From Chrysomallon squamiferum (taxonomy: Eukaryota > Animalia > Mollusca): a stretch of DNA of 64,000 bases. Under the pieces are notes generated by a model. That model saw nothing but the letters and a program-made list of their open reading frames with translations, was not told the origin of the DNA and did not search any database. The position numbers and the translations under genes are program-made. Shown piece by piece: positions 13,381 through 28,472 of this stretch; the first letter of the stretch is position 1; every line of letters begins with the position of its first letter. Location of the stretch: positions 5,766,001 to 5,830,000 of the forward strand of contig CM022676.1 in assembly GCA_012295275.1 (NCBI GenBank). The letters run 5' to 3'.

Positions 13381-13989
13381 AAAATAATAATACGATTATC
13401 GACAACGCATTCAACACGTAGCATTTTGTTCCTTCATTTATTCCGTAATAATCCACACATTGTCTCTCTTTGCTCGATCTTCAGATGAAAAAAAAAAAAT
13501 GAAAAAAAAAATTGATCTATTTCCCCCCCCCTCAATAATAAATAAAAAACTTAACGATTTTGTTTGTGTGTGCAACATTATCAAAACCAAAATTTTTTTT
13601 TTTCTTTTTTTTTTTCTTTTCGCCTATTCTTTTTTCACGAGAGTCTTGGCAAATATTTCCTTGTTCAGGGTTTGCGACAAACAGTCAATAACCAACACAT
13701 TACGTACAGCACGCTGCTTATTATTGGGCGAATGAAAAAGACGTTTATCCTTGATCAATCAGTGTAAGTAATTTGTCGCAGTGATCGAATGAGTTATTGA
13801 ATCCGAAATTTCAAAACATGTAGTCGCGCATGGGTGATCGTGAACGTGGAGAAAAAAAAAAAAAAAAAATAATAAAAAATAAAATAATGCTAAGTCTTAG
13901 GGTTGGATGGCATCAGTGAGTGTTGCCGAATTGACATGGTTCTGCCATTAATGTTTTTAAAAAGAATTAAAAATCAATTATTTGCTTGT

Positions 13990-14129
13990 GAGGGGTTTTT
14001 GTGTTTGTGTGTGTGTGTGTGTTTGTGTGTTTGTGTGTGAGTGTGTTTGTGTGTCTGTGTGTGTGTCTTTGTGTGTGTGTGTGTGTGTCTTTATGTGTGT
14101 TTGTGTGTGTCTGTGTGTGTGTGTGTGTC

Positions 14130-14163
<34 letters not shown>

Positions 14164-14391
14164 TCTTTGTGTTGTAGGAAGGGATGGCTGAATGTGTGAG
14201 TATATGAAGTTGTTTTACAGTGAGTCTGTGTGTCTCTGTGTGTGTGTGTGAGAGAGATAAATTTGTATATATTGTGTAGTTTGTGTGTGTGTGCTTGTGT
14301 GTGTTTGTGTATGTGTGTTTGTGTGTGAATGCTTGTGTATGTGTGTGTGTATTATATACACATACATATGTATATAAGATGTAATGTGTTT

Positions 14392-14432
<41 letters not shown>
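13990..14432 (+). repeat. Imperfect (GT)n field ending in (GA)n
   Basis: Directly visible. Confidence 0.9.
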
Positions 14433-14434
<2 letters not shown>

Positions 14435-15129
14435 TACATTGGAATGCCTGTTCCTGAACATGCCTGTTCATAAACAGCAGTACGTGTGTGTGTGTATATA
14501 TATATACAGACACACATACACAATCTGCTCTTAAAGTAACATAGACAAGAGTCCACACATAATTATGAAACACACACACACACCTATACTTACAGAATAT
14601 ATTCTTCAAAAACATATTCAGCTATCGATCATTTGAAGAAACACAAAACAACAAACAACACAAAAGACGACATATAAAAATGTCCACACCCACACACACA
14701 CATGGATGTGCACACATGCACATGCACGCACACATACATCCTGTGAACACATGCACACTCCCACTCATTTCCCCTCAACAAGATATTTTAATCATATAAA
14801 CACATAAAACACACATAAAACACACACACACATCTTTTAACTATTAAAACGCATGGCACTAACTGATGTCTACATTGACAAACTGAAGGTCAAGCCAACT
14901 GAGGAAACCATGGAAACATAATTTGCTAATGAACAAAGTGTGTATTAATCTAATTAAGATATTTTTATTATTATTATTTTTTTTTTTTTTTTATTGTGAA
15001 GAATGTAGAGAGAGAAGAAGAAAAAAATAAAAGCTATTAATTAAAATAATAACAGATGGGGTTTTGTCTGTGAACAAATGGTCGTATGATGGAACTCGAA
15101 ATACTGTCAGTGTTATCACTGTGTATCCG

Positions 15130-15470
15130 TTGGCAACAGTCAGACATGTCACGGTTGAGTGAACACTGGAGAGGGTACAATGACACACATATGTAACACA
15201 GATGAGATACGCTAATGGTACTACTGGCAACATACAGAAATATCACGAATGAATGGATACTGGAGGTGATATGTATATGACACTAAGATACACAGGTGAG
15301 ATACGCTAATGGTACTACTGGCAACATACAGAAATATCACAAATGAATGAATACTGGATGTGATACAGTGATGTGTATATGATGCTAAGATACACAGGTG
15401 AGATACGATAATGGTACTACTGGCGAGATACAGAAATATTATCCTGTGACAAATACCAGAGATGATAAAA
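15130..15470 (+). repeat. ~95-102 bp tandem repeat, 3-4 copies
   Basis: GAGATACG(C/A)TAATGGTACTACTGGC at ~15203, 15298 and 15400. Confidence 0.8.
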
Positions 15471-17913
15471 TGATGCACATACATTACATACGATACATTG
15501 ATGATTTAGGAGTTATTGATAACACGCATGGTAGTATGGTACATAGCTCCATCCTGTATCCTAAATCCTATGATGCCATGATACATAGATGATGTCTGAT
15601 GCCATGATGCACAATTGATCCTATGAAAACATAGTTGATGCTGTCGTTGATGGCTGATAATTTGATATTATGATACACAAAAAGGAAGAGAAAAATAACA
15701 AAAAACACAAACACAATTACAGACAAACGTTTATTTTTATTGTTTACAGTGTACACACATACAACTGGACAGACATACACACATACACATTACAAACAAT
15801 TAATGTTTATAATCATTACATATATATATATATTTGTATTTGTGTATATACACACACAGAATTATCACCAGTAGTTACTAATCAGCAAAGAAAATAAATA
15901 AGCAAAAAGAAATTAAAAAAAAAACTGATAACAAAAGCTTCACGCAAATGTAGCCATTCACAATGAGAGGACTGCCACTTTCTCCTCTTCGCATATCAGA
16001 AATGGCCAATCAATTACGTAAATGGAAAAACGCATCATTTCTGAACGCTGCTATTAGCTTCATACGAAGGTAAATATTTCTTCCGGTTAACAAACGATGC
16101 TCCATTCAAGCTCTAGGCTAGCAAATTATCAGGTTTTGTTAGATCCTAGTTTTATTTTTTTTTTTTTTTTTTTTTTCTCCTCCAATATTCTAAATAAAAT
16201 GGTCTGCATTTTTCGAAGGATTTCGAAGCAATTGACAGTTAGCAGTTTTGTTTGTATTGCAGAAAGATCGATGTATTTGTCGATTAAAGTTACGATTTTT
16301 GTGTCGTAGAAAATGCAAAAGGGGAAAATTATGTCGTTGATGAAAAGAGAGGCTTAAGAAAATGATCTCGTTTGTTGAGAAAAAGATTTTCTTGTAATAA
16401 GTAGCAGTATAAATAAATAGATAAATAAAAAAATAAAAAAATATAATAATGAATAAATGTATTAAAATAAAATTTAAAAAAAAAAAAAGAAAGAAATATT
16501 AAACCTACAAACAAAATAAGTAAAAAAATGAATAAATAATAATGAATAAATGTATTAACATTAAATTTAAAAAAAAATGAATAAATGTATTAACATTAAA
16601 TTAAAAAAAATAATAATAAAATAAATAAATAAATAAATGGATAAATAAATAGAAATAATGAATAAGTATGAACATAAAATAAAATAAAATAAAAAATAAA
16701 TACTAGCAAATATGTATTAACTAATTATTTACATAAGTAGTAAATAACAAATACTTAAGTATTAAATAAATAAATAAATAAACAAACAAAGGTAAATAAA
16801 TATAGTAAAAGTAAATGAATAAATAATTAAAAAAGATAGATAAATAAACAGGTAAATAAGTAAATAAATAATGAAAATGATAAATAAATAAATAAATGAA
16901 TAATAATAAATAAATAAATAAATAAATAAAAATGTGCTTAAATAACCAAAAAAAAAAAAAAAAAAATAATAATAATAATAAAATGCGTGAGAAATATTAA
17001 TAAAATAAAATAAAATAAAATAAAATAAATTTGAATTCGCCAGGTGACGTCAAGGTAACTCTCTAACTTACACAGGTATTTCAACTCACCAGGTAAAGCC
17101 AGGTGCTAATGGCCTGTACACATTTATATCAATCAGCTTTCACTTACTGCCTACCACGGAGTCCTCTCTACATATCACTTTAGTCCCAGGACAATTTCAA
17201 ATCCATTTGTATCCCATTTCTTCACAAATTACTGTCAATACGAGAATTTTTACTGTTGAGAATATACCAAAGTAGATTTTACTTAACTCTGCATTCACTG
17301 GAGCATGGCGATACGGTCTATTAGTTAATTTTCTGTCATCAGTAATTTAACTCGAAAACATTTTCGGTAATTTAGAAATACGATTTTCAGAGTTCGTTGG
17401 ATAATTTTTCTGTCGTTAGTTGCCGAGTGAATTAAATTTTCATCGCTTGCCGCTAGATGTAAAAGGTTTGATAATTTTGGTGTTATAGTATTTCAATTAA
17501 AGATTCTTTTCGCAAATGAAACTTTAATATACAGAGTTTTCAGTTAAAGTTCTTTTTTATTTTTTTTTTTTTTAAATAAAATTTTAATAATTTTAATATG
17601 TAGAGTTTTTCAATTAAAGTTTGTTTCTGTTAATAAAATGCTTAATAATTTCAATATGTAGAGTTTTTCAATTAAAGTTTTTAAAAACTTTAATAATTTG
17701 TATATACAAATAAAAGTTGTTTTTAAATAAAATGTTTAATAATTTTAATATGAATCCTGCCAAATATATTTAAATTTTTATTTTTTTTATTAATTTTTTA
17801 TTTTTTTTAAACAGAATTAAACACCACATAGTCTTATAGTAGCCAGGTTAGTGTTTGTTTGATCTGTTTGTGTGGCACAGGTTTAACAGTTGTAGAGATT
17901 TTTGTATGAAACA

Positions 17914-18890
<977 letters not shown>

Positions 18891-19299
18891 GTTCATCATC
18901 TGTCTGTATATATATCATCACAGTCCATAACCACTCACTGTCTGAACAAGACAATGCCTCATCAACAAGAGTCCAATCAAACTGAATGTGTTTTTCATAT
19001 TGATTGGGTTCATCATCATCATCATCACCTGCAAGGAAAGGGATCCCAACAAAAAAAAAGGAAAAAAAAGAAAAAAAAAAAGAATCATTTCCATACTGTG
19101 AGTAGTGCAGTGAGTATTGCTGCAGTGAGTCATGCTGTTTATCTATCTACCTGAGCTGTTCTCTCTCCCATTGTTAACACATTACTAACACAGTGGTGAT
19201 TTTTTTTTAAAAAATTTTTATTTTTGATCAGATCATTGCCTGGTTTGATTGCAGATGTCGTTGAGAGAGAAGAGTGGAGGTAGACAGAGAGATAACAGA

Positions 19300-19390
19300 G
19301 GGGGGGTGGGGGGGGGGTGGCGGGGGGGTTGAGTGGGGGGGTTGAGTGGGGATGGAGGATGGTGGTGAAGAAGTGGTGGGTGGGTGGATG
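19300..19390 (+). other. Potential G-quadruplex-forming tract
   Basis: At least five runs of 4-10 G with short loops. Confidence 0.6.
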
Positions 19391-19475
19391 GAGAGAGACA
19401 GAGAAAGGAAGAAGAGATAAAGAGTGTGGAAAAATGAGATGTGGTGAAAGAGAAGGGTGTTTGAGATGTGAGAAG

Positions 19476-19554
<79 letters not shown>

Positions 19555-20098
19555 AGGGAGAAAGAAAGAGAAAGATAGCTAGAGAGAAATAGAGAAAGAG
19601 AGATAAAGAGAGAGAAGAAAAAGTGAACAAAAATATATATACAACACGACACAACACAACATTCAGCACACAATAAAACACATCACACAATAAACAACAC
19701 AGCACAGCATGACACAACACAACACAACAACACAACACACAACACATGGAACAACAAAACAACATAATACAACACAAAACAACACACAACAACACAAAAC
19801 AACACATCATTACCATTACGAATCTTGAGGACATTTTTTGTATTTTTGGCTGTGACCTTCAGATGCTGTTTAACAACAATCTGCTACAACTGAATTCATT
19901 ACAGAACCTGTTCACATACAGACTCATTCTAAAAAAAAAACAATCATCCATTGTAATCTGCATTTATTGTTACATTTATCTTTACTTAAAATGTATTTTT
20001 TTTGTTTTGTTTTTGTGTTTGTTATATTAGGAAATCTTGTAACTTGGAGCACTTCTAATGACAGCTATGATGGATTGGAATAAGTGTCTGTGATCCTA

Positions 20099-20137
<39 letters not shown>

Positions 20138-20898
20138 TTTTTAAAAATGAAAGGTAATCCATCATAGAAAGATATTTGGTGTGGTTTCTGTGTGTATGTG
20201 GTTTTAATGGATTGAAACAACATACAGAAGTAGGTGTGGTGTAAAGTTGACTTATTTTTTTGTTATTTTTTTGTTGTTTTTTTGTTGTTTTTTTTCATTT
20301 TGAAATTTGTTATGATTGATGGGAACATAGATGTGGAGGGAAGGATAAAGATGAAAATGTTGTTTGTATATGAGAGAGAGAAAAAAAGAGAGAGGGAGGG
20401 AGAGAGATGATTGAAGGAGTGAAAGAGGAAAAGAGTAAGAGAAAGAGAGAAAGAAAGAAAGAAAATGGATGTGACACAACGACAAAATAATAATAGCAAT
20501 AAATAAATAAATAAATAAATAAATAAATTATATATGAAATATTTAGTACCATACCAGTGAAAATAAAACAAATAAAACAACTTGAAGCTTAATTGTTCAT
20601 AAATATATATATATATATAGATAGATAGATAGATAGATATTTTATTAAGAAATCTTTGCTAAGGTAAAATATATATGTAAAAGAATATTGATAAAAGAAA
20701 TTAATAAAGAAGTTATTTTGATAAGATATTTTCAGTAAAATAAAGTCTATATTTTGAACAAACATTGATTTTAAAAAATATATATATATTTTTTTTTAAT
20801 GAAATTTGAATTAATAAAGAAATTATTTTTAATGAAATTTGAATTAATAAAGAAATTATTTTTAATTTAAAATTTTCATAATAACATGCGTTATATTA

Positions 20899-20938
<40 letters not shown>

Positions 20939-21999
20939 ACTCTTCAGATAATTTTTATTACATTTTCCCATTTACAGTTAAATTTATCTTCATCCAAATG
21001 GTGATATTTTTAGCACAAGTCTCTATGTAAAAAAAATATGAAAAACCGTTAATGACAAAATCTCCAAAAAATCATCAAACACACACACACACACAAAACC
21101 AGAACCTGTTAAAAATCCCATCTTATAACGAGCAGACGCGAGAACAAAGACTTTTATGTGGACAAAGATTAAAATCTGAAGGAGGAAAACGCTAAACAAA
21201 CAACTACAAGATGGCCGCCATGCCTGACTCCATTGTTTCGCACTGTTTGTTCATGTGCCTGGTCTTGTATTAAAAATGCAGCAAACCTGAAAGACTTTTT
21301 TTTTTTTTTTTTCTCTCCATTACCGTAATGAACTAAATTATATTTACATTAATGAGTGCATTGTCAGAGGTCATCTGGGCCGAAAGATTATGGAAATAAT
21401 AATAATATTTTTTCTCTAAAATTTCCTAATTGCTGATTTAATAAATAAAAATGACTAATGATTTTTTAATTTCTGATTTATTAAATAATAAGAAAGATAA
21501 ATGTTTTTTTTTTTTTTTTTTTAAAGTTTTATTTATTAATTGCTGAACTTGAAGCAGAAAGATTTTGCGATGATGATAAATATTTTTAATTCTTAATTGC
21601 TGATTTAATGAATATAAGATAATTGTTTTTCTTTTCTAAATCCTTAATAACTGAATATAATTACTGAAAATATAGCTGTGAAGATAATAATAATGTTTAT
21701 TTTTTTAAAATTCTTAACTGATTTATTAATTGAAATAGATGATAAATAATTAAAAACAATTTTTTTAATTGCTTATTTAAATAGATTATGAAGATAATGA
21801 TTTTAATAAAAAATTTCATAATTGCAAAAATTATACATTTTTTGACATTCGTAATAGTTGAATATATACAGGAATCATTTCTCAATTACTCTGGAAACCA
21901 TTAATATTGTAATAGACTGAGGTTCATTAAGTTATTTTTTTTATTTATTTATTTAATTTAGTTATTTACTTATTTATATTTATAATTATGATAATGATG

Positions 22000-22580
22000 A
22001 TTACTACTAATAGACTACCACTACTGCTGCTACTACTACTACTACATCTATTATAAACACTATTCCTTTATTACTATTACTATTATAACCTTTACTCCTG
22101 CTATTACTATCACTGTTAATGCTGCTTCTACTATTACTACTATTACTACCACAACCACTACTACTATTGTTTATTACTACTACAATTAATATTGCTACTG
22201 CTGCTACAACTACTTAATTATGCTACCAATACTTAACTACTGTTACCACTACTTAACTACTACTACGATCACTAAACTACTACCACCACCACCACTACTA
22301 CTACATCTATTGCTACTACTGTTGTTATTACCAGAACAACTTCTACTACTGTTACAGAATTACACCTACACCATTACAACTGCTACAACTACTACATCTA
22401 CAGAATTATACCTACACCATTACTACAACAGCTTCTACTACTATTACAGAATTATACCTACACCATTGCAACAACTGCTACAACTACTATTACTGCTACT
22501 ACTGCTACTTCTGCTATTACTACTCTTGTTATTAATGTTATTGTTATTATTTTTGTTGTTACGGTTATTATTATTGCTTT
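22000..22580 (+). repeat. Degenerate (ACT)n/(TAC)n trinucleotide field
   Basis: Directly visible. Confidence 0.85.
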
Positions 22581-23258
22581 TAAAATAATAATAATTATTT
22601 TACACTACTTGGCAACAGTATGTATGTATAATATGGTTATGTGTTCACACATATACTGACACATTAACAAATTAAAATTAGTATTAATTCTTAAGCTTGT
22701 AACTGTAACATCAAAACTGTTACACAGTAAACATGTTTTTACCACAAGACACTTTCTACTTCACTGCCACACACACCTGGCATCCATCATAAATTTTTGC
22801 TAAACTTAACAATGTTTACTGAACGCTAACTCAACAACGAAACCCCAGAGACACACAGAGAACAACAATTTCATCTCTTCCCTCTGTCTCTTTGTCACAG
22901 AGCAGCCATTGCCTGTAATTAAGTTTTCAAATCTAACCCAGTTACCAATTTCGTTCTGACCCATAGAATTGTCATCAATCTTTTAAAACGATGTCACAGC
23001 CGATGTCAGATCACTAATGACATCCCACTCCAGTCAGCAGCAACATCATCGGAGGCATCGTCGCCAGATCGTTCCATTGTCCTCGTTATAATCTTGGCAA
23101 CGTCATCAATTTTCATAAACGTGTCTGAAGATTTTTTTTGGCAATTCTGTTGTTATCCTAAAGATTTCTTTCCTTTTTTTTTTTGTTTTACTGTGTTATT
23201 ATTTTTATTATTATTTTTTTGTTAATTTTTTTTGTTTTTTTTTTTTTTTTCATCAATG

Positions 23259-23293
<35 letters not shown>

Positions 23294-23679
23294 TTCTGCT
23301 AATTTGGTGAAGAGTTTTCTACCCGTGATTTATTGAGGATTAATTGTTGATATAATGTTGTCTTTTAATAGTTTTGAGTTAACTTTCTTGTACACCCATT
23401 CAACCAATGTTGGTCAGGTAATTGAGTGTTTTGTTCAGTGCGGTGATTATGATGATGGAGTTGTGTGAAAAAAAAAAAAAAAAACCCACAAAAAAAATGT
23501 TGAATAATAAATTTTACAAAAAAAAACACACGAAAGGAAGAAAAAGAACTGAAAAGAGTGAAAGAGAAAATGAAATAAATAAAGCTGATGAAATGAGAGG
23601 GTTTTTTGGGTGTTGTTTTTTTTTGTTATTTTTCAATACAGGCAATTGAACTTGAATGGTTATGTGTTGAATAAGCTTT

Positions 23680-23718
<39 letters not shown>

Positions 23719-24543
23719 TGTATATTTTGCAAATGAATGAATGAATGAATGAGATAATGCAAGAGTGAGAGATGCAGACACAGATCAGAATGAATGAAAG
23801 AAGGTAGAAGAGTGATAAAAGAAGAATAAATGTAACAAAAATAAAAAACATAAGAAGGAGAAAAATAAAGATAGATATATTGTCAGAGAGATTATAGAGA
23901 GAGCGAGAGAGAAACAGAGAGAATCAGACAGACAGTCAGGAAAACTAGATGCAAAAGAAATACAATAATGATAGCTTTATAAAATGTTCCCATAAAGTTT
24001 TTTTTTTTTTTTTCTTTTTCTCTCCTCTGTTTATGATTATTTTATTCTTCAAAAGAATATTGACTAACAAAGTAACAAAAAAAAAAAAAAAGAAATTAAA
24101 TTCCTAACAAATGACTGGGAAGTGTGACTGTTGCATACCAGGAATATCTCACAGATATCCGATGATACATTTTGTATAACGCAGGCGGCCATTTTTTCAG
24201 GTTTATGTCAAACAAGTCACATGTGAGAGAAAAAAAAAGAGTTATAAAACTGCGTGACGTACAAATTGATGTCGTCCAGGTTAACAGTTAATAAGATATC
24301 AGTTTTTATACTCGACTATTCAAAAATTCCATACCACCAATAAAAAAACAATAAAAAATAAAAAATAAAAATATCTGTTATTCATACTGCGTTTCTCACT
24401 CGTGTAAAAAGATCCTTTTTCAAAGCTTGAATCAAAATGATAAATAAAAATAAATAAATAATAATAATGAATGATAAAAATTATGATGATATTAATAATA
24501 CAAATAATAGCGATGATGATGATATCCCTTGTTTGCTGAAATC

Positions 24544-24575
<32 letters not shown>

Positions 24576-26083
24576 ATCCCTTGTTTGGTTGAAATCATGA
24601 TGATGATGATATCTTTTCTTTATGTTAAATGACTGACTGTGAGTTTAAACACCCATTTTCAAAGAATCAGACAATCAATTAAAAAACAAATTCTTTATTT
24701 GCTCAGATGTTAAGCTACTGATTCACATATAATCTATTTCAAATATACCTAAATAAATGATTAATATATATGTAAAAATGTCTCTCGTTCACTAGATATA
24801 AATTTTTTAAAAGACACACTTTCAGCATACCAAATAAAAAGAAAATTAAAAATAAAATTTACAAAGCCTCTCTTTGGGTCACCTCAACAGTTGTGATAAC
24901 ATTTTGCTAAGGATTATGGGATTGTCATAAGACACAACAGCGTGCTATTTGTTCTTCTGGGTCGGGGCAACTTCTGGGCGTGTTTAATCACCAGCCCCAC
25001 CCTCCTAATCAGCTGGGCAGCTCATGTTTATCATCTCCAAATACTACTAGTCTGACAGCCAGTTCCAATTAATTATAATGTAGGGGAGGGGGGGAGCTTT
25101 AAGATTGTTGGCAGTAATTTATTGATAACCCTAATAAAGGGATTTAAGAGCGATCATAAGAGGAGAAAAATAATTTATGGGATGTTTTAATTTGTCTGAG
25201 GGTCTTTGAAAAAAAAAAAAAATACCGTTCCAGCTGGATTGGGAAATTTGTCAGTTGTTGTTCTTGAATTTTTTGTTGTTATATTTTTGTATATATGAAG
25301 TCGTTGAGTAGTCTGCAGCGATTGTGGATGGATGTGAGGTAGTCTGAAAAGCAGTGGGATGTGGGGATCTGTCCTCGTTTGATGTGTTTGTTTGTTGATT
25401 TACCATTCCAACCTTTGCTCATAACATCTGTCTTGAGGACTATGGTTTGTCAGTGTATTGTCGGTGTCTTGCTTTAGAAACAATAGGTTCCAGATGTAAT
25501 TGGTTATAATTTTTTTTTAACCTGTTAAACAGTGGGCTCCAGGATCCATCCTCCTCACTGGAATGAATGGCACACTTCATAATCCAGCTGAAAACATAAT
25601 GATGACTGTATGAATGAATATCTGTTTGTTTCATGTCACCTTTGTTTTAATATTAATTCTTCTTAGTTGACTGCCAGCTGTTTGTTATAAACTTTATGAA
25701 GATACAATTTAGAAAAGAAAACTGCTGGTCCCTCTTGCCTAGTCTGCTCTTATTGATGGGCTTTCATAAACTGATGTTTCAGTGGCTGGATATAACAGCA
25801 CTTTTCATTGGCTGTCTGGAGGTGAGTGAGCCAATCAAAATGCAGGAAACATTTGATTTTAAAAATGGCTTACTTGCCACATTTTTAATGTAGTTTTCAT
25901 GATATTTATCATTATCATACAGTTCTTTTTGTTTTACATTTTTTTTTTTTTAAATTTAATAATAAAAATAATAATAATAATTGTGCAGTTTTCATTGTAT
26001 TTATCATTATACAATTAATAATAATTTTATTATTATTATTATTTTGTTGTAATTACCACTGTTAGTTTGGTATTATTATCTTC

Positions 26084-26116
<33 letters not shown>

Positions 26117-26798
26117 ATTCTCTATGTTTCAATAGGGTTAGCAGACACATATTTTAATTTTTGAAAAGATAACCAGTGTTTATTAAACACGATTTTTCCC
26201 CAGAATAAAACTTTTATCTTTGACAGTGGCATTGATAAATTTTTCTTAGCAACAAAATATACAATTTAATAGAATTCATTTCAGATATCATTTTATAAAT
26301 GTGTGAATTTAGCTTCTTTTTATCTGTCTTTAGACTAGTAAAAAAAAAAAAAAAGAATTTAAAAAGAAGTATATAGGTGTTAGAAAGAATATAAAATAGA
26401 AGAAAAATTGTAGAAAAAGAAAAAATGGCAGGAATATCTTTTTTTTTATTTTTTGTGTTGTTTTTTGGTTTTTTTTTGGTGTATGGAATTTGAAAATATG
26501 TCAAGATTGATATTTCATTTAAAATTTTTTTTTTTTTTAAGAAGTATTGTAATGGTGAAAATTATTTTTTGGTTTAATTTTCCTGAATTTAAAAAATATA
26601 TATATAAATGTTTTAGGAAAATTCAAAAAAATAAAAAATTTAAACTCCCTCTGACAAAATAATTTTTTGAAATTTGAAAATTAATAAGGATGGATTCACA
26701 TATGCATGCACACATTCGAACACATACTTATGCTCAAACATGCATGCTCACTCATACACATGCATTGCACACACAACGAATTTGTACCATTCATTGAT

Positions 26799-26866
26799 CC
26801 ACTTTAGGAAGGTTTGAACCATCAGCCAACCAGATATCAGACCTGTGGTTTAACCACTGACCTCTC
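26799..26866 (-). mobile_element. Decayed tRNA-derived SINE head
   Basis: Minus strand reads AGGTCAGTGGTTAAA (A-box-like) ... GGTTCAAACC (B box) at tRNA-like spacing. No intact cloverleaf. Confidence 0.5.
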
Positions 26867-26899
26867 ACACATACTTCTGTTTAATTCAGAGATTCAAAA

Positions 26900-26943
26900 A
26901 TATTAAAATTAAAAATAAATGTAAAAATCCCCCAAAGTATTAA

Positions 26944-26981
<38 letters not shown>

Positions 26982-27214
26982 TAATAGTAATAATAATAAT
27001 AGTTTTAAAAAATTCCCAAATGTAATAATAATAATAATAATAATAATAGTAAAAAATTACCCAAAATATAATAATAATAATAGTAGTAATAATAATAATA
27101 ATAATAGCAAAAAAAAACCCAAAGTATTAAAATAATAATAATAGTAAAAAATTACCTAAACTATAATAATAATAATAGTAATAATATTAATAATAGTATT
27201 AATAATAATAGTAG

Positions 27215-27246
<32 letters not shown>

Positions 27247-27482
27247 ATAATAATAATAATAGTAATAATAATAACAATAACATTAAATACAATAATAATA
27301 ATAATAACAATAAATACAATAATAATAATAATAATAGTAATAACAACAATAATAAAAATAATAACAATAATAACAACAACAACAACAACAATAATAATAA
27401 TAACAATAATAGTAATAATAATAATAATAATAATAACAATAATAACAATAACAACAATAATAATAATAACAACAATAGTAAA
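26900..27482 (+). repeat. (AAT)n/(AAC)n field
   Basis: Directly visible. Confidence 0.9.
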
Positions 27483-28405
27483 CTACGCAATGCATCATGA
27501 AGAGCACGTTTGCAAAACTCATTTACCTTTTCCATCTTACCAATATTTAAACGCCATTTTCAAACAAGTCATGTGTTGAAAAGCTAAATACGAGGAGAGA
27601 TTTATTTAAAAACACATTTATCAAACCATCGGACATATTGTATAGTTGAGAGAGAGAGAGGGGAAAGAACCTTTAAAAAAAAAATATATAAATACAAAAA
27701 AAACCAGCAGATTTTGAAAAGGTAAAACATTAAAAGAAGATTTAAAAGCTCGCATGCAAATCTGGAAATGATGGGTAACGATATGAGAAATTTGGAACCA
27801 ATTAAAAAGTTCTCATTGCAATCCTGCCCCATTTAACATCACCCGCCCGTCTTTGAAGTGTAACGAGTACAGTGGTAAAGAAATTGATCTTGCGACCGCC
27901 AGGTTTTGAGATCAAATGCCATGAGAGTGTTTTTTTTTAATTTTTTTTATTATTATTATTTTTTTTTTTAAAGAAATATTTTTCGCTTTTGTTTTGTTTT
28001 TCTTTTTTCCCCAGTTGTTTCTTAGGAGTGGTGTTTCAAATATTTTTACCTTATATTTTTTTCTTTTTCTTTTTCTTTTCCTTCTTTTTTGTTTTTAGTT
28101 TATTTAACCTGTAGAAAGGATGTCATGCACATATTCAAACAGAACTGGTATGTTTCATGCTGTATATTTTTTAATAATTCATATTTCCTGCCAGTTTGTT
28201 GATTTAACTGACTAGAAATTTACTGTTTTATTCCAGTATATTTAACAAAAGGCCTTGTTTGTGTTTCGCTGTCCATGGGAAGGTTGCAGTAAAATTATCC
28301 TTTATTGCTGTTTGTAATTTGTGTGGATTTTGTTAAATTTTTAAAATGATGATGTTTGGCTTTTTAATGTCTCTGTCTATCTATCTAAATATATATATCT
28401 ATTTA

Positions 28406-28472
<67 letters not shown>

